64,000 nucleotides of DNA from Octopus vulgaris (taxonomy: Eukaryota): assembly GCA_951406725.2 (NCBI GenBank), contig OX597818.1, forward strand, positions 135,036,001-135,100,000, read 5' to 3'. The position numbers were made by a program, and so were the translations under genes. The notes below the pieces were generated by a model, which was not told the DNA's origin, made no database searches, and saw nothing but the letters and a program-made list of their open reading frames with translations. Shown here piece after piece: positions 38,692-52,575 of this stretch (its first letter is position 1; every line of letters starts with the position of its first letter).

Positions 38692-39106
38692 TGTTTCTTT
38701 ATTACCCACAAGGGGCTAAACATAGAGGGGACAAACAAGGACAGACAAACGGATTAAGTCGATTACATCGACCCAGTGCATAACTGGTACTTAATTTTAT
38801 CGACACCTAAAGGATGAAAGACAAAATCGACCTCGGCAGAATTTGAACTCAGAATGTAACAGGAGACAAAATACCTATTTCTTTACTACCCCCAAGGGGC
38901 TAAACACAGAGGGGACAAACAAGGACAAATGGATTAAGTCGATTACATTGACCCCAGTACATAACTGGTACTTATTTAATCGACCCCGAAAGGATGAAAA
39001 AAGACAAAGTCGACATCGGCGGAATTTGAACTCAGAACGTAACGGAAGACAAAATATGGCTACGCATTTCACCCGGCATGCTAACGGTTCTGCCAGCTCA
39101 CCGCCT
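38692..39106 (-). mobile_element. Head-to-tail dimer of Meta/MESC-core SINE
   Basis: Full copy 38876-39106 plus a 5'-truncated copy 38692-38873. Confidence 0.85.
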
Positions 39107-39999
39107 TGTTATATGTTAGTTGTATATTGAGGTTGAATCTACAATTAATTAAACATCTCCAATACTCCATTACTAATTAACGATATTCTGTAAATGAGCA
39201 TTTTGAAGAATAAAGATCATAGCTTTGTTTTTGTTTAGCCCCAAGTTAACTTTGATCAAGTAAAACCAATGGTCAAAGACATTCCTACTGCATTCAACCC
39301 CATCGACTTCTAGGTATCTAGGAGTACATTAGCAATGTGACTTCCCTTGTGTAAGATAGTAAGGCTTTGTTTCATGGAGATTTGGCTGTTATTTCAAACA
39401 AGTAAAAGGATTTGAAGTGCCACAGTTTATCAAAGAATCAAACAGTTGATAACCTATCACTGAGCTCTAAACATAGTCACAACTCTGAACTGGTTCAATC
39501 CAGCTAGTTGTGAATGAATACATCAGAGAAACGAAGCCTCCTTCTGCAAGCAGTAGCAACATTGTATAATAAACAAGTTCGCTTCATTGGTTCACAGATC
39601 TCTGTTGAAATCCTACTTAAATTAGTGCTTGGAAAGATGTAGACTTTGCCAAAACAGGTTGGATTTGTTCTTATCACATAAGACTCACAGCAGTTTTCCT
39701 TGTTTTAAAGAGGAGTTATTATTAGAAAAGTTTTTGATAGCATAAATTAATTTTGTAATAAAATAGAATTATGAGCAAGTGGTATAATTTGAAACAAGTG
39801 TGCACATAAAAATTGGATCTTGAGAAAGTTTTTCTATCGAAGTATGTGTGAATTCAGAGGGAATAATTTTAGGATATTGTCTTTGAAAGATGACTAATTA
39901 ATTATGTTTAGAGACATGAAATAAATATAATTATGGGGAATACAGTCTGCATGAATAAATTTAACTCCTGATGTTGAGCAAATGAAATACTGGACATAT

Positions 40000-40210
40000 T
40001 GGTTTCAAATTTTGGCACAAGGCCAGCAATTTCTGGGGCGGGGTTAAGTTGATTAAATTGACTCCAGTACTTGACTGGTACTTATTTTATCAACCCCAAA
40101 AGGATGAAAGGCAAAGTTTGACCCCAGCAGCATTTAAACCCAGAACATAAAGATGGGCAAAATATCACTAAGCATTTTGCTTGGTGTGCAAATGGTTGTG
40201 ACTGCTCACC
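40000..40210 (-). mobile_element. Meta/MESC-core SINE, older subfamily
   Basis: Same as 13135-13340. Confidence 0.8.
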
Positions 40211-40257
40211 ATCTTAAAATACTAAGTATATCAAAACGAACAAAGAGATGGAAACAT

Positions 40258-40670
40258 GCGCAGGAGTGGCTGTGTGGTAAGTAGCTTGCTAACCAACCAC
40301 ATGGTTCCGGGTTCAGTCCCACTGCATGGCATCTTGGGCAAGTGTCTTCTGCTATAGCCCCGGGCCGACCAATGCCTTGTGAGTGGATTTGGTAGACGGA
40401 AACTGAAAGAAGCCTGTCGTATATATGTATATACATATATGTGTATGTGTGTGTGTGGGTTTGTGTGTCTGTATTTGTCCCCTTAGCATTGCTTGACAAC
40501 CGATGCTGGTGTGTTTACGTCCCCGTCACTTAGCGGTTCGGCAAAAGAGACCGATAGAATAAGTACTTGGCTTACAAAGAATAAGTCCCGGGGTCGATTT
40601 GATCGACTAAAGGCGGTACTCCAGCATGGCCGCAGTCAAATGACTGAAACAAGTAAAAGAGTAAAGAGTA
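40258..40670 (+). mobile_element. OK-like SINE, full length
   Basis: Same modules as 11010-11424. Confidence 0.9.
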
Positions 40671-40766
40671 TAGCATTTAATTCTTAGATAAGATTATTTA
40701 TTACAAAGTGTGATTTGAGAAAAGCGTCTATCATTTCATCTGTTTTCCATGCTCTGACAGAATTAA

Positions 40767-40983
40767 CCCTTTGGCATTTAAACCAGCCATATCAGGCCCA
40801 AATATTTCTACCAGTTTTATAGTCAAAATGGCCAGATCCTGCCTTTCACACCTACCCCACAATGCCATTCTTTAAATAAGCCATCACATCATTGATATGT
40901 CAAAGCTATGAAATAATGTATTTGTTCAAAACATTGTGAATAAATAAGCATATATTTGATGGAGGAATTTGAATGTTAAAGGG
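40767..40983 (+). mobile_element. piggyBac-type MITE family 1, older copy
   Basis: TTAA flanks, cccttt / aaaggg termini. Confidence 0.8.
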
Positions 40984-41076
40984 TTAAACAATGAGGCAAG
41001 ATTTTTTATGGATAGATGCATTTCCTGTCACTAACCCTAAACTGTTCTTCAAATAAGGATTTCTTTTCCATTCCAG

Positions 41077-41126
41077 GGAGATGCAAAAGCATAGAGAAAA
41101 TGGATGATTTTGTTGACAGGAGATGA
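41077..41126 (+). CDS. Candidate terminal exon (G)RCKSIEKMDDFVDRR*
   Basis: Branch-like ctaac at 41031; acceptor atttcttttccattccag; 41019-41030 pairs 12/12 with 41114-41125. Confidence 0.25.
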
Positions 41127-42565
41127 CAACCTTTCACCAATTTTACTTGTCGCAGTACAACCACAATGGTGTCATCAACTGTGGGCAACACCATCATCTG
41201 TATTTATAGCCCTGAGCAGTGTTTGTAAACATTAACATGAATACACATGCATACATGTACATGCATGCACACACACATGTACATTCAAAGGGCTTCTTTC
41301 AGTGCCTGTTGACTAAATTCCCTCACAAAACATTGATTGGCCTGCAGCTATAATAAAAGATACATACCCAAAGTGCAACTTAGTGGAAATGAGCTTGAAG
41401 CCACATAATCAAGAAATAAACAACTCAATCACAGTCATGTCTTCCTCTGTGTGTGTGTGCATGCATGTGTGTGCATTGGTGGGAGTGTGTGTGTTAGAGA
41501 AAACATAATGTTCAATACATTTGGTAAAAGTGCTTCTATTTATTTTCATACAAAGACTCCTCATACTCAGTAATGTGTACAATGAGATGATAAAATGCGC
41601 ATATCTTAAAATATTGTCTTTTACAGGATTTTATCATATTGATAATATCATGATTAAAAAAATGCACTTAGTACACTGCTATTGCTGTTGTTTAGCCCTA
41701 GGTTAACTCTGATTGAGTAAAACCAATGATCAAAGATATTTCTGCAACAATCATCCCGTCCTCTTCAAGGTATGTAGGAGTTTGTTATCAGGGTAGCTTT
41801 TCTTGTTTAAGATAGTAAGGATTTGCTTCAAGGAGATTTGGCAGCTCTTTCAAACGGTTAAAGTGATTTGAAGTATACCTTTTTATTTTCATACAAAGAA
41901 TCATCATACTTTCAGTAACATGTACAATGGGATGATAATGAAATGTGAATATCTCAAAATATCGTCTTTTACAGGATTTTGATGCACCATAATGTGGCTG
42001 GTGTTAAGAAGGCATCCAGCCATTGAAATGGAATGTATGCATAAGATGTGGTTATCTGAAACATCAAGAAGAGTTGTAACTCCAAATGTTAACTGACATG
42101 TACCATGACAACCTATCCAACCCATGCCAGCATGGAATGAAGTCATAATGATGATGATATGTGTAGTGTGTTGAATGAAACAGTGGAATTATTATATAAA
42201 ATACATGATACCAAATAAAAAGTAAATGTTGTGAAAATGAATACATTAGCTTATAAAACTAGAATATAAATGATAATAGACATATGGAGAAGTGGGTTAG
42301 AAATAAAATGGAAATGAAAAAGTGTTACAAGCTTGTATAAGATGTACAACAAATCCTTGTAATAACTTTGATGTACAAAGAGGTAAACATAAAATCTGCC
42401 ATTAAATTATAAGTGTGTGAAATGGAATATATTAGAATAAAGATTAGAATATAATTAAGGTAACATTAAAGCAGACATTATAATAAACCAGAAACAAAGA
42501 AAGGAATGGAGAGGAGGGTATAAGTAAAAGATTGTATAATATGGAATGATTAATTATCAGTTAGT

Positions 42566-42820
42566 GGAGGCACTTGGCTTAGTGGTTAGGGTGTTGAACT
42601 CATGATCGTAAGGTTATGGTTTCAATTCCTGGACTGGGCAATGAGTTGTGCTCTTGAGCAAAACACTTCATTTCACATTGCTCCAGTCCACTCAGCTGGC
42701 AAAAATGAGTAATCCTGCAATGGACCGGCGTCCCGTCCAGATGGGGAATTTTTACACCACTGAAACCGGGAAACTGGCCCTTATGAGCCTGGCATGGCTC
42801 AAGAAGGAACATTTATTTTT
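42566..42820 (+). mobile_element. Older OR-related SINE (different middle, OR2-like 3' end)
   Basis: ggaggcacttggcttagtggttaggg head; cttgagcaaaacactt middle; atgagcctggcatggctc tail. Confidence 0.7.
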
Positions 42821-42949
42821 TATTTTTAATTATCAGTTATGTAAATAATTAGTTGAATACAAGGTAGTTGAGAAAAACTAGTCATGAAAAAAATTAAGTG
42901 CAACAATATGAATTTAATGAAGAAATTTGTAGGTAGATAATTAAATCCT

Positions 42950-43162
42950 TTCTTCTGGAGGCACAAAGCCTGAAATTCTGTTTCCTTTTTTTTTTTTAAT
43001 GGGAGGGGGCTAGTCGATTTCATTAACCCCAGTACTTGGCTTGTACCTATTTTATCGTTCTTGAAAGGATGAAAGGCAAAGTTGACTTTGGTGGAATTTG
43101 AACTCAGAATGTAAAGGTGGAAGAAATGCCACTAAGCATGCTAACAATTCTTAGCTCACTAC
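42950..43162 (-). mobile_element. Meta/MESC-core SINE, older
   Basis: aaaggatgaaaggcaaagttgac core on +. Confidence 0.75.
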
Positions 43163-43705
43163 CCTAGAAGGATAATTATCATTTTAATCATCATTTTAAT
43201 GTTCACTTTTCCATGATTGCATGGGTCAGATGGAATTTATTGAAGTGGATTTTCTACAGTTAGATGGCCTTTCTGTTGTCAACCCTCATCTGCATTCAAG
43301 TAAGGTATTATTTCCCCATAATCAGACAAATTTTTTTATACAGAAGATTGTAAAATGAAAGACCACATTTGCATGATGGTGACACTTGTTTACAACTATT
43401 ATACAATGCCAAGGCAAGTAGACAGTGGCACACACGTGCATGCACACACACACACACTAGGCTTCTTTCAGTTTCTGTGTACCAAATCCACTCACAAGTC
43501 TGTGGTTAGCGTGGGGCTATAGTAGAAGACACTTGCCCAAGGTGTCATGCAATGGGACTGAACCCAGAATCATGTGGGTGGGAAGCAAACTTCTTACCAC
43601 ACAGCCACCCCAGAATGTAAGGAGACACAGCTTAAAGTGAATAGTTCAATTGATTATAACACCAGTGTTTTGAAGTCACTGAACTAAATGTTTCTGTCTT
43701 TTCAG

Positions 43706-43773
43706 GTGGCATAAAAGCACAACAGCGATACCGCTGCATACAAACCTCACATATAAATACTATTATTGTATAG
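43706..43773 (+). CDS. Candidate terminal exon (G)GIKAQQRYRCIQTSHINTIIV*
   Basis: Acceptor ctaaatgtttctgtcttttcag; 43665-43683 pairs with 43701-43720. Confidence 0.2.
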
Positions 43774-45266
43774 CAGAGACAAGATAAGTCCAGTCCTAAA
43801 CTTCATTCAGTATGGAGAAAATATTGTAAGAGATTTATTCTTTTGCCTGTCAATGATAAACAGGCTCTTCACTAAACAAGTAGTTACATTAAAGGTCAGA
43901 GCAACAATCCTAACTAGTATACCTATCATAGGAGATAGGAAAAGATTACTACAAAGTAAATAGGCAGATTTAAATATCACCATTTCGACAAGTTTTATCA
44001 GTTATCTTTGTGAAAATGACAGTAATTCTACCGAGGTTTCCTTGCATATATATTTCAGAACAGTTATCTCTTTAAAACATCTTTCGTAAAACTTTAGGGT
44101 AAACACTGGTTTCCAATAGATAAGCTTCATGTTGTTATAGAGTCGATTATATTTATGCTTATGGTCATGTGACATAAATCAAGATAATTATATCAAACTA
44201 TGTTTAAATATGAGTGTCATGGACAATTCCACTATGATTGTACATTATATGCAACCTTCAATGCAAAATGGGAGAAGACACTGTGACAAAATGTTAACAT
44301 AAATTTGACTCTAAAAACGGTTTCTATAAAATTTTTGCTTCCTTAATGCTTATATTCGTAATTCCTTTATTGGATTCACAAGGACTGCGGTCATGCAGGA
44401 GCATCTTCTACAAGGATTATAGTCAGTCATAATGACCATAGTATTTATTTTAGTCTATTTTACTGATCTCTATTGAATCGCTAAGTTAATTTTAACATAG
44501 AGGGATGTAACTCAACACTTGTAAACAAATACAGACATGGTAATAGACGCATTCACACTCAGAAACATATCTATAAACATAAAGAAGCAGTACTCAATAC
44601 CTAATGTACAGTTAATATCAACCAAAAGCAGAGATTTTGGGATTTTGTGATCAATCTTTCTAACAGAACCCATGTCATGTGAACAGGATAAGCAACTTCA
44701 TCTAAAATAAAAGACAACTGTGCAAAATAAAGTGGTACACTACTGTATTTTAAAAGTTGAATGAAATGCGTGATCTTGGGCCAATGAGGACTGACTTGAG
44801 ACGAAACAAGCACAACAATACAGTTAACAAGAACAATATAACCAGTGCCACCACCAACAATACCCCTACCATCACCAAATTTAGTACAATCAACAGCACC
44901 ACCACTGCCAACCCACCAACTTTGAATAACCAACTGGTAACAACAATAGCATCAGCATGACAGTAATGCCTGTAACTACATATGTTGTATGTCATTGCAG
45001 TAAGGTGGTGTGTGTGTAAGAGAGAGTGTGTGGTATTATTTTACTCAAGTCAGAGGTACAAGGGGGTGAAGTTCCAATGAAATTGGTTACTCTTCAACTA
45101 ACTATAATTGTACAGTACTTCCTCCAACCTCACTCCTTCACCCTTTTCCTTTCTCATTTCCATTCTTACCATCCAAAGTTTTTGCTCTCACAAAACAGTT
45201 CTTTTCTGGTGTTATGTTTCTACTACATATTTGTTGTGGCTAATTGTTGCTCACTGCACCTGTTTG

Positions 45267-47075
45267 ATGTCCGGAAAGAATTTATGAAGTGGAACTGAAG
45301 ACAGCAGTACATAAAAAGAATACAAAAAGCATTACCCTGGATATGAAACTTGATGTTTTAAAAAGGCTTTGTGGAAGAAAAAAATATCACCCACATTGCC
45401 AAAACATTAAAAGCTTGCAATGTCTACAGTGGAAACAATATGTGACAATAGAGAGAAAATAAAGTCAAGTGTTCAGGAAGTTACTCCATTAACTGTTCAG
45501 ACCTCATTTTTTCATAGATATAATATGATATAAAATGGAATAGCTCTTAGGTGTATGGATCAAGAATCAGATTCAATGTAATGTGTTGATAAGCACAATG
45601 ATAATTAATTAAAAAGCCAAACGTTCGTATGACAAATTTTAGAAAAGGTAAGGTGAAACTTATAAAGAAAAACCTTTTCTGGCTAGTAATGACTGGTTTG
45701 AAAGGTTTAAGAAGTGCTTGAGTTTATACAACATAAAAAATGACTGGTAAAGCTGTCAGTGTTGATACAAGGGTTGCTACTATTATCCTGGGCAGCTGGG
45801 GAAAAAAAATTATTGCTAAAAGGGGTTACACACCAGAGCAAGTATTTAATGATGAAGCAGTAGTTTTCAGTTAGAATGTTTAGTTCTTAAATCAACATCA
45901 GGATATAAAGCTTCCAAAAATCATCCAATGCTTATTCTGGGCAGAAATACTACTGATGATATTAATTTAAAACTCCTACTAATTTATCACTCTGAAAATG
46001 CAAGGGCTTTCAAGGGTTAGGAAAAGTTAAATTTATCTCTGATCTGTCATTTAAATAAAAAGGTATGGATGAAAAAAGGTTTTTGTAAAAGTAGTTTACA
46101 AACATTTTTTTTGTCTTGCTGGACAAGATACAGTGCCAGACATAATATTTCCAACAAACATTGATCCTTTTAGGCAATGCACCAAGCCACTCAGTGCACT
46201 TAAGCAAGCTTTCTGATGTGAGCATACAATATATCCTCAAGAATACAACTTCTTTGTTCCAGGTAATAAGGGGTGATATTTAACTTCAGGGTATATTATC
46301 TGAAAACTTTCAAATGACTTATGAATACAATTGACAGGAAGGATAAACTTAGAGATAAAGAGACTCCTGGAAGAAGTTCAACATAATGTAATCTATGAAT
46401 AACATAGCTGAGTCATGGGATGAAATGAAACCGTCAACTATGAATCATGTTTGGTAAAGTGTATGTCCAGACCGTCTGATTTTACAAGTTTTCCACAAGC
46501 AGGAAGTCTATATCAAATTCAGAAAGATATTGTGGCACTTGCAAATAATATAAGGTTTGAAGAAGTTATACAGGATGATGTAGATGAACTACAAGTATCT
46601 CATTGTTTATCTGATGCTGTTAGAACAAGAGCAAGCTAATATTACAAATGACAGTATGGAAATTACACAAAACTCCACTTAACCCTTTAGTGTTTAAACC
46701 GGCCAAATCTGGCCCAATATATTCTATATGTTTTATATTCAAACTGGCCATATCTAACCTCTCACACCTAACCTACGATGCCATTCTGAAAATGAACAAT
46801 CACATCACTGAAACCTCAAAGCTATAAGATAATGCATGATTAATTCAAAACAATTTGAGTGAAAAAGTATTACATTTAACAGAGTAATCTGAACACTAAA
46901 TGCAAAGAATATTGCTAAATGTTTGGCACTTATACAAGGAAGTCTGCAAGTTTTTTGCTGGTAACACCTCTAATAGTGAACATAACACAATACGGACAAG
47001 AGGAGTTTACAATGGGTTCAGTACAATGAGACGATGCATCATAAACATCCAAACAATTTTGGATAAGTTTATCAT
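45267..47075 (+). pseudogene. Tigger/pogo transposase fossil
   Basis: Frameshifted motifs KSITLDMKLDVLK, SNDWFERFKK, MTGKAVSVD, KGYTPEQVFN, LLIYHSENARAFKG, LILLGNAPSH and NTTSL (CENP-B HTH plus DDE_1 architecture). Confidence 0.9.
46683..46900 (+). mobile_element. piggyBac-type MITE family 1 nested in the Tigger fossil, right end clipped
   Basis: TTAA-ccctttag start; ends gaacactaaa without ggg-ttaa. Confidence 0.8.
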
Positions 47076-47079
47076 CATC

Positions 47080-47393
47080 AGGCACAATGGCCCAGTGGTT
47101 AGGGCAGTGGACTCACGGACGGAGGATCATGGTTTCGATTCCCAGACCAGGCGTTGTGTGTGTTTATTGCACGAAAACACCTAAAGCTCCATGAGGCTCC
47201 AGCAGGGGGTGGTGGCAACCCCTGTTGTACTCTTTCACCCCAACTTTCTCACACTCTTTCTTCCTGTTTCTTGAGTAATGCTGCGATGGACTGGCATCCC
47301 GGCTAGCTTGGGAGGAACACATATGCCACAGAAACTGGGAAATCGGGCCCATGAGCCTGGCTAGGCTTGAAAAGGGCACATAAATAAAATAAA
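47080..47393 (+). mobile_element. OR2-like SINE
   Basis: As 25507-25810; ends in a taaataaaataaa tail. Confidence 0.85.
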
Positions 47394-47786
47394 TCATCAT
47401 CATCAACCGTCTACCTTATGATCAAAGAACTATAAAATAGAAAATAGTGACCCTCACCCTCCCAATAATTTTCATTCCACAATCACCATCCCTCACAAAC
47501 TTGTCAACATCTTTTGTTGACCTAGTACAATATTATAAGTTTTATTTATTCCCTAAAGTATTTCTCTTCAAATGTTTTTATGTATAAATATTGTACTGCG
47601 TATGTTTAGAAACTAGTTTTATACATAAGAGTAGTTGTTGTGTTGCTTGTTGTTTTTCTTTTGAAAACATCTGTAGAAATGCATTATCACTTAATAACAT
47701 GAATATAAATAGTGAAAATAAATTTTTCAGTACACAATTTCATGTTACAAGTTTTTAGGAACACATTACTCCCTAACATAGGGATT

Positions 47787-47847
<61 letters not shown>

Positions 47848-48099
47848 ATGCACACATATCTCCTGGTCTTGGCATCATGTGATGGTGACATTAGTCTTCT
47901 GCAAAAAACATGTTTGTCCCAGGGGAAATATTACCTTGCTTAGAAACAGATGAGGGTTGTTTGTTGACAGGAAGGATATCCAACCTTAGAAAATTTGCCT
48001 TTATGGAGACTATCTGACCAATGCAAACGTGGAAAAGAGGATATTAAAATTATAGTTATATATATAAATTTACGTCACAATATATGCATTCAACATTTG

Positions 48100-49084
48100 C
48101 TTAAAGTAAAAGGTAGACTGTATGACACAAGTGTACGAACAGCCATGCTACATGGCAGTGAAACATGGGCCGTAACTGCTGAGGAATGCGTAAGCTTGCA
48201 AGAAATGAAGCCAGTATCCTCCACTGGATGTGTAATGTCTGTGCATGCATGACAGAGTGTAAGTGCCCTGAGAGAAAAGTTGGATTTAAGAAGCATCAGA
48301 TGTGGTGTGCAAGAGAGACGACTGTTATGATATGGTCATGTGTTGCAAATGAATGAGGACAGCTGTGTGAAAAAGTGTCACACCCTAGCAGTTGAGGGAA
48401 CCTATGGAAGAGGTAGATCCAGGAAGACCTGGGATGAGGTGGTGAAGCACAACCTTCGAATATTGGGCCTTACTGAGGAAATGACTAGTGACCAAGACCT
48501 TTGGAGATATGCTGTGCTTGAGAAGACCCGACAAGCCAAGTGAAACCATAGCCCATGGCTCATTCATTGGACAATAAACTTTGCTTGTGAAGACCTATTG
48601 AGGCAAGTGAAATCAAAATCACTGATGTAGCCAATGACAGTACCGCCTGATTGGCACTCATGCCAGTGGAACGTTAAAAGCCCATCCAAGCGTGATAGTT
48701 TCCAGGGCCAAAGATTGGCTCCCGTGCAGGTGGAAAATAAAAAGCACCATTCGAGCATGATTGTTGCCAGTGGCATGTGAAAAACAACATTTGAGTGTGG
48801 TCGTTGCCAGTACCGCTGGACTGGCTCCCATGCAGATAGCATGTAAAAAACACCTTTTGAGCGTGGTCGTTGCCAGAACTGCCTGACTGGCCCTCGTGCC
48901 AGTGGTACATAACAACACCCACTACACTCTCGGAGTGGTTGGTATTAGGAAGGGCATCCAGCTGTAGAAAATTTGCCAGATCAGACTGAGCCTGGTGCAA
49001 CCTTCTGGCTCACCAGTCCTCAGTCAAACTGTCCAACCCATGCCAGCATGGAAAGCGGACGTTAAACGACGACGACGATGATGA
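48100..49084 (+). mobile_element. 5'-truncated RTE LINE (ORF2 C-terminus, 3'UTR with tandem units, (GAY)n tail)
   Basis: VKGRLYDTSVRTAMLHGSETW ... YGHV ... GRGRSRKTWDEVV ... DLWR, with stops and frameshifts. Confidence 0.92.
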
Positions 49085-49108
49085 TATATATATATATGTG
49101 TGTGTGTG

Positions 49109-49140
<32 letters not shown>

Positions 49141-50109
49141 CATACACACATCTACATACACTCACATATAACAGTTAAAACAAAGAATTAAAAACATTAG
49201 TTTTGCTTAGTAGTTATTTGAAATCATAGCCTGAATGGTGCCAAGGTGCTATTTCCTTTGCATCTTTCAGAAACTTATCCAATAGATATCAGATGTAACA
49301 TCCATTCATCTATTCAACCAAAGAAGGTGTCTTAACAATCAGAGATGAAGAGAAAATCTCTTGTACTCAGTATACCTCTACCACATTGCTATTTTTGCTA
49401 GCTATTTTAGCCATGATGAGAGACCGTACTAATGATGGAGAATTCTGATAACAATAATTGCATTTCCCTTCATTGAGATGAATGGTTTCATACAGACTAT
49501 ACCATACACATTCACAGTAATTCTTCAGAAAAATAACATTTTCATGACCATTACCAAACTATCACCACCAACACCATCACCACAACTATTATCATCATTT
49601 TTAACATTGCTTTTCTACATCTTATCACCAAATTGTCTTCATCTTTCATCATCACTTCTCTGAGGTCAGCCTAGCATCCTCAGATCTTGTTTCACAAATG
49701 CTGTTTAGAGCCAGAAAGCGCTGTTCCCACAATTAGCTTCTGACCCTCTAGAAAGCTTAAGTATCACCCACAATGTAGAATTGTAAATAGATATGTACTA
49801 TGATACTTGTTGGATACACCAGGGTACTATTAGTAAATATGGAACAATATTACTGTTGCACACCCAAAAACATGCTGTACTCACAACATAGAGTGGCTCA
49901 GGTATAGGGAACAAGGCCACCATTACATAAACAGAAGCATCCTGGACTGGTGCCAAAAGAAGACCAGCTAAGTGATTAGCAAAGATTCATTCAACAGTAC
50001 AAGCCTCTCCCACTCTTCTTTCCTTCATATGCTACCAACTGATGTTCAAACCAAACACTAAATTGTCTCACCAATATGGGACAAGGAAGAATGCTCTGAA
50101 AAGTCATGG

Positions 50110-50158
<49 letters not shown>

Positions 50159-51869
50159 ACACACAATGTTCATTTTTCCACAAGGTCAAATGTCTAAGTG
50201 CATTCAAACACTGTGTCATCTTTGGCCTATATCTACTATGGCTAACTTCTTTCACAAACTCACAACACTAGTCAGCATTAATCATGCAATGATTGCACAT
50301 ACGTACAGACATACAGATGCAGTCACAGCTATGTGGTTAAGAAGATCATTTCGCAATCATGTAGATCCTGGTTCCGTCTTACCGTACGTCACCTTAAGTA
50401 AATGCTTTCAACCTGAGTTTCAGTCTGAGCCATCCTTGTGAGAAAAATTGGATGGAGAGAAATGGTACAGAAGTCCAGCAGATGGATTCTGCCAGTTTTT
50501 GGGTAAAGGATTTAATTTCTTGTCTGGTTTAATACCACTACCTGATCTCTTAATACCATTAGCAGAGTCTACACTGCTGCAAGAATTCACACCACTGTCA
50601 TGTTAACCCAGGAGTTACTCTGTTAACCCAAGAGTTCTTCTGTTACCCCACCCACCCATCAAGCTTGGAGAAGGCCCAACAGAAAAGTTTAAGAATGTTA
50701 CCCATCAGTAAAATCAATGCCAGAATGCAATATTAAAAACTAACTTACTCTGACAATTTGTCCATCCATTGAGCTGTTTTTCTGGTGAATTGTGCAAATT
50801 TTCAGAGACTACAAGAAAAAAAAGAAAACATGTTTGATATGATATAGAATAATGATGAAAGAAAGATTTAACAATATTTATGGAGTCTCATAGTCTCCGA
50901 TAATCATTGATGGAAGCTACCACATCTTATAACATCTCTACAACTACATCAGAAAGGTTAGGGTTACCATATGAGAAATTCTCTTTGCAACCACATGGTT
51001 CCTGATTCAATTCCTCAGTAGCCTCTGCAAGTGGTTTCTAGCATAATCTCAAACTGATCAATGCCCACAAATGGAATGCATGCATGAATAAATAGGTAAA
51101 AGCATCTATATGCCTACCTATTTATTCACACATGCAGCCGTGCGTGTGTGTGGTGCATGTTTATTCACCATTTTATGTATTTGTCTAACCATCTGTCTGA
51201 AGTGAATACAGTATATACAAACTTTAAACTGGTCCATCTAATTTTCTTAAAGACACAAGCACTGACAACATTGATAATTAATTTATAATGCATTACTCAG
51301 TGTTTTTCATTTTAAATATAGTCTTAAGACATCTTTTTTGATGAAAGGGTATGTTGATCACTCACAAGCAAGTATGACTAGCTAACATATACTATGCATT
51401 CACTAATCATTTTAGGTACCTATATAGTTACAAGCAGGCACAAACACACTCTTGACCTGCCAACCAGGTGTGATAGCTGTAGGTAAGAGCCAGCATGAGC
51501 AGTTGGATGGGTACCCTTTTTCACATGAATATACTGGAAAAAGTTAAATAAAGTGCCTTGCTCTAGGAGACAGTTTTCCACCTAGCCCAGGATTTGAATC
51601 CATGAACTTATGAGCATACACCCAACACTCTAGTCACTGGTCATGTGGTGCCTCTGCCTTTCTTGATAAACATACAATTTTAGCCTTACTGGAAAAGAAT
51701 AACATATTGCCAGAACATGCACTATTATGTAAATTGAATTGTGTCCTAAGTTGTATCCACTATATTTGGTTCAGATAGATAAATAAATAGATATATATAT
51801 ATAGTCAGAGCAATAGATAGATATCTATGCATAAATAGGTAGACATATATATATATATATATATATGAT

Positions 51870-52575
51870 ATAAGGAATGAGAGAGAAATATAGTCTGATT
51901 TATAGGAAATAAACCTTATCAAGGATCCAATGTCAGCAAAAATTTAGAAGGAAATAAGCAAATATATATATATACATATATATATATATACATAAACCAT
52001 GGTTTATAATCATTCAAAACTAAGTATGAAAATGGAAATATAGCATTTAATAACAATTTATTATCTGCAAAAATCAACCATGACCCCTTACAGCTGTTTC
52101 GATTAGGCCTAATATATTAAATAGTAATTAATAAAATCATTATATTAGGCTAAATCTCATCAGAGGAGTAGAAAAAAGATATACCATTTGATTTTTAAGT
52201 GTTGTATTTTAGAATCATCACAGCAGACTGAGTATTATTCTATGGCTAATATTGGCATAATTCCCGGATTAGGAGTTATAGATTGTTTTAGTGGGTAATG
52301 GATAATATGTGAATATAAGTAGTGTAATAGTGGGTAAATAAATAGAAGTTGGATAGTAAATTACAGTGAATAAGAGTATCATTTGATTGAAGTGAAAAAG
52401 AAGCTATGTCTGGTCACTCAAAATAAAGTGCTCAAAGATAAGTCTAAGACGGAATAAAAAGTATTTAATCCATAATTTTTAATCTGACAAAATATATATT
52501 CTGTCTTGATGAGCCATAGGTGAAACAGAATATACATTTTGCTGGACTAACAATTAAGGATTAAATATTTTTTTA
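51870..52575. mobile_element. Penelope-like remnants in a (TA)n context
   Basis: Contains an intact hammerhead motif on minus and a ~50-bp inverted repeat (about 52455-52504 / 52526-52573) whose loop holds ttgatga-gcc-ata-ggt-gaaac. Confidence 0.6.
52084..52168 (-). ncRNA. Minimal type I hammerhead ribozyme, intact core, long stem II
   Basis: On minus: ctcct CTGATGA gatt-tagcctaatata...tatattaggcct-aatc GAAA cagctg TA agggg. Confidence 0.85.
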
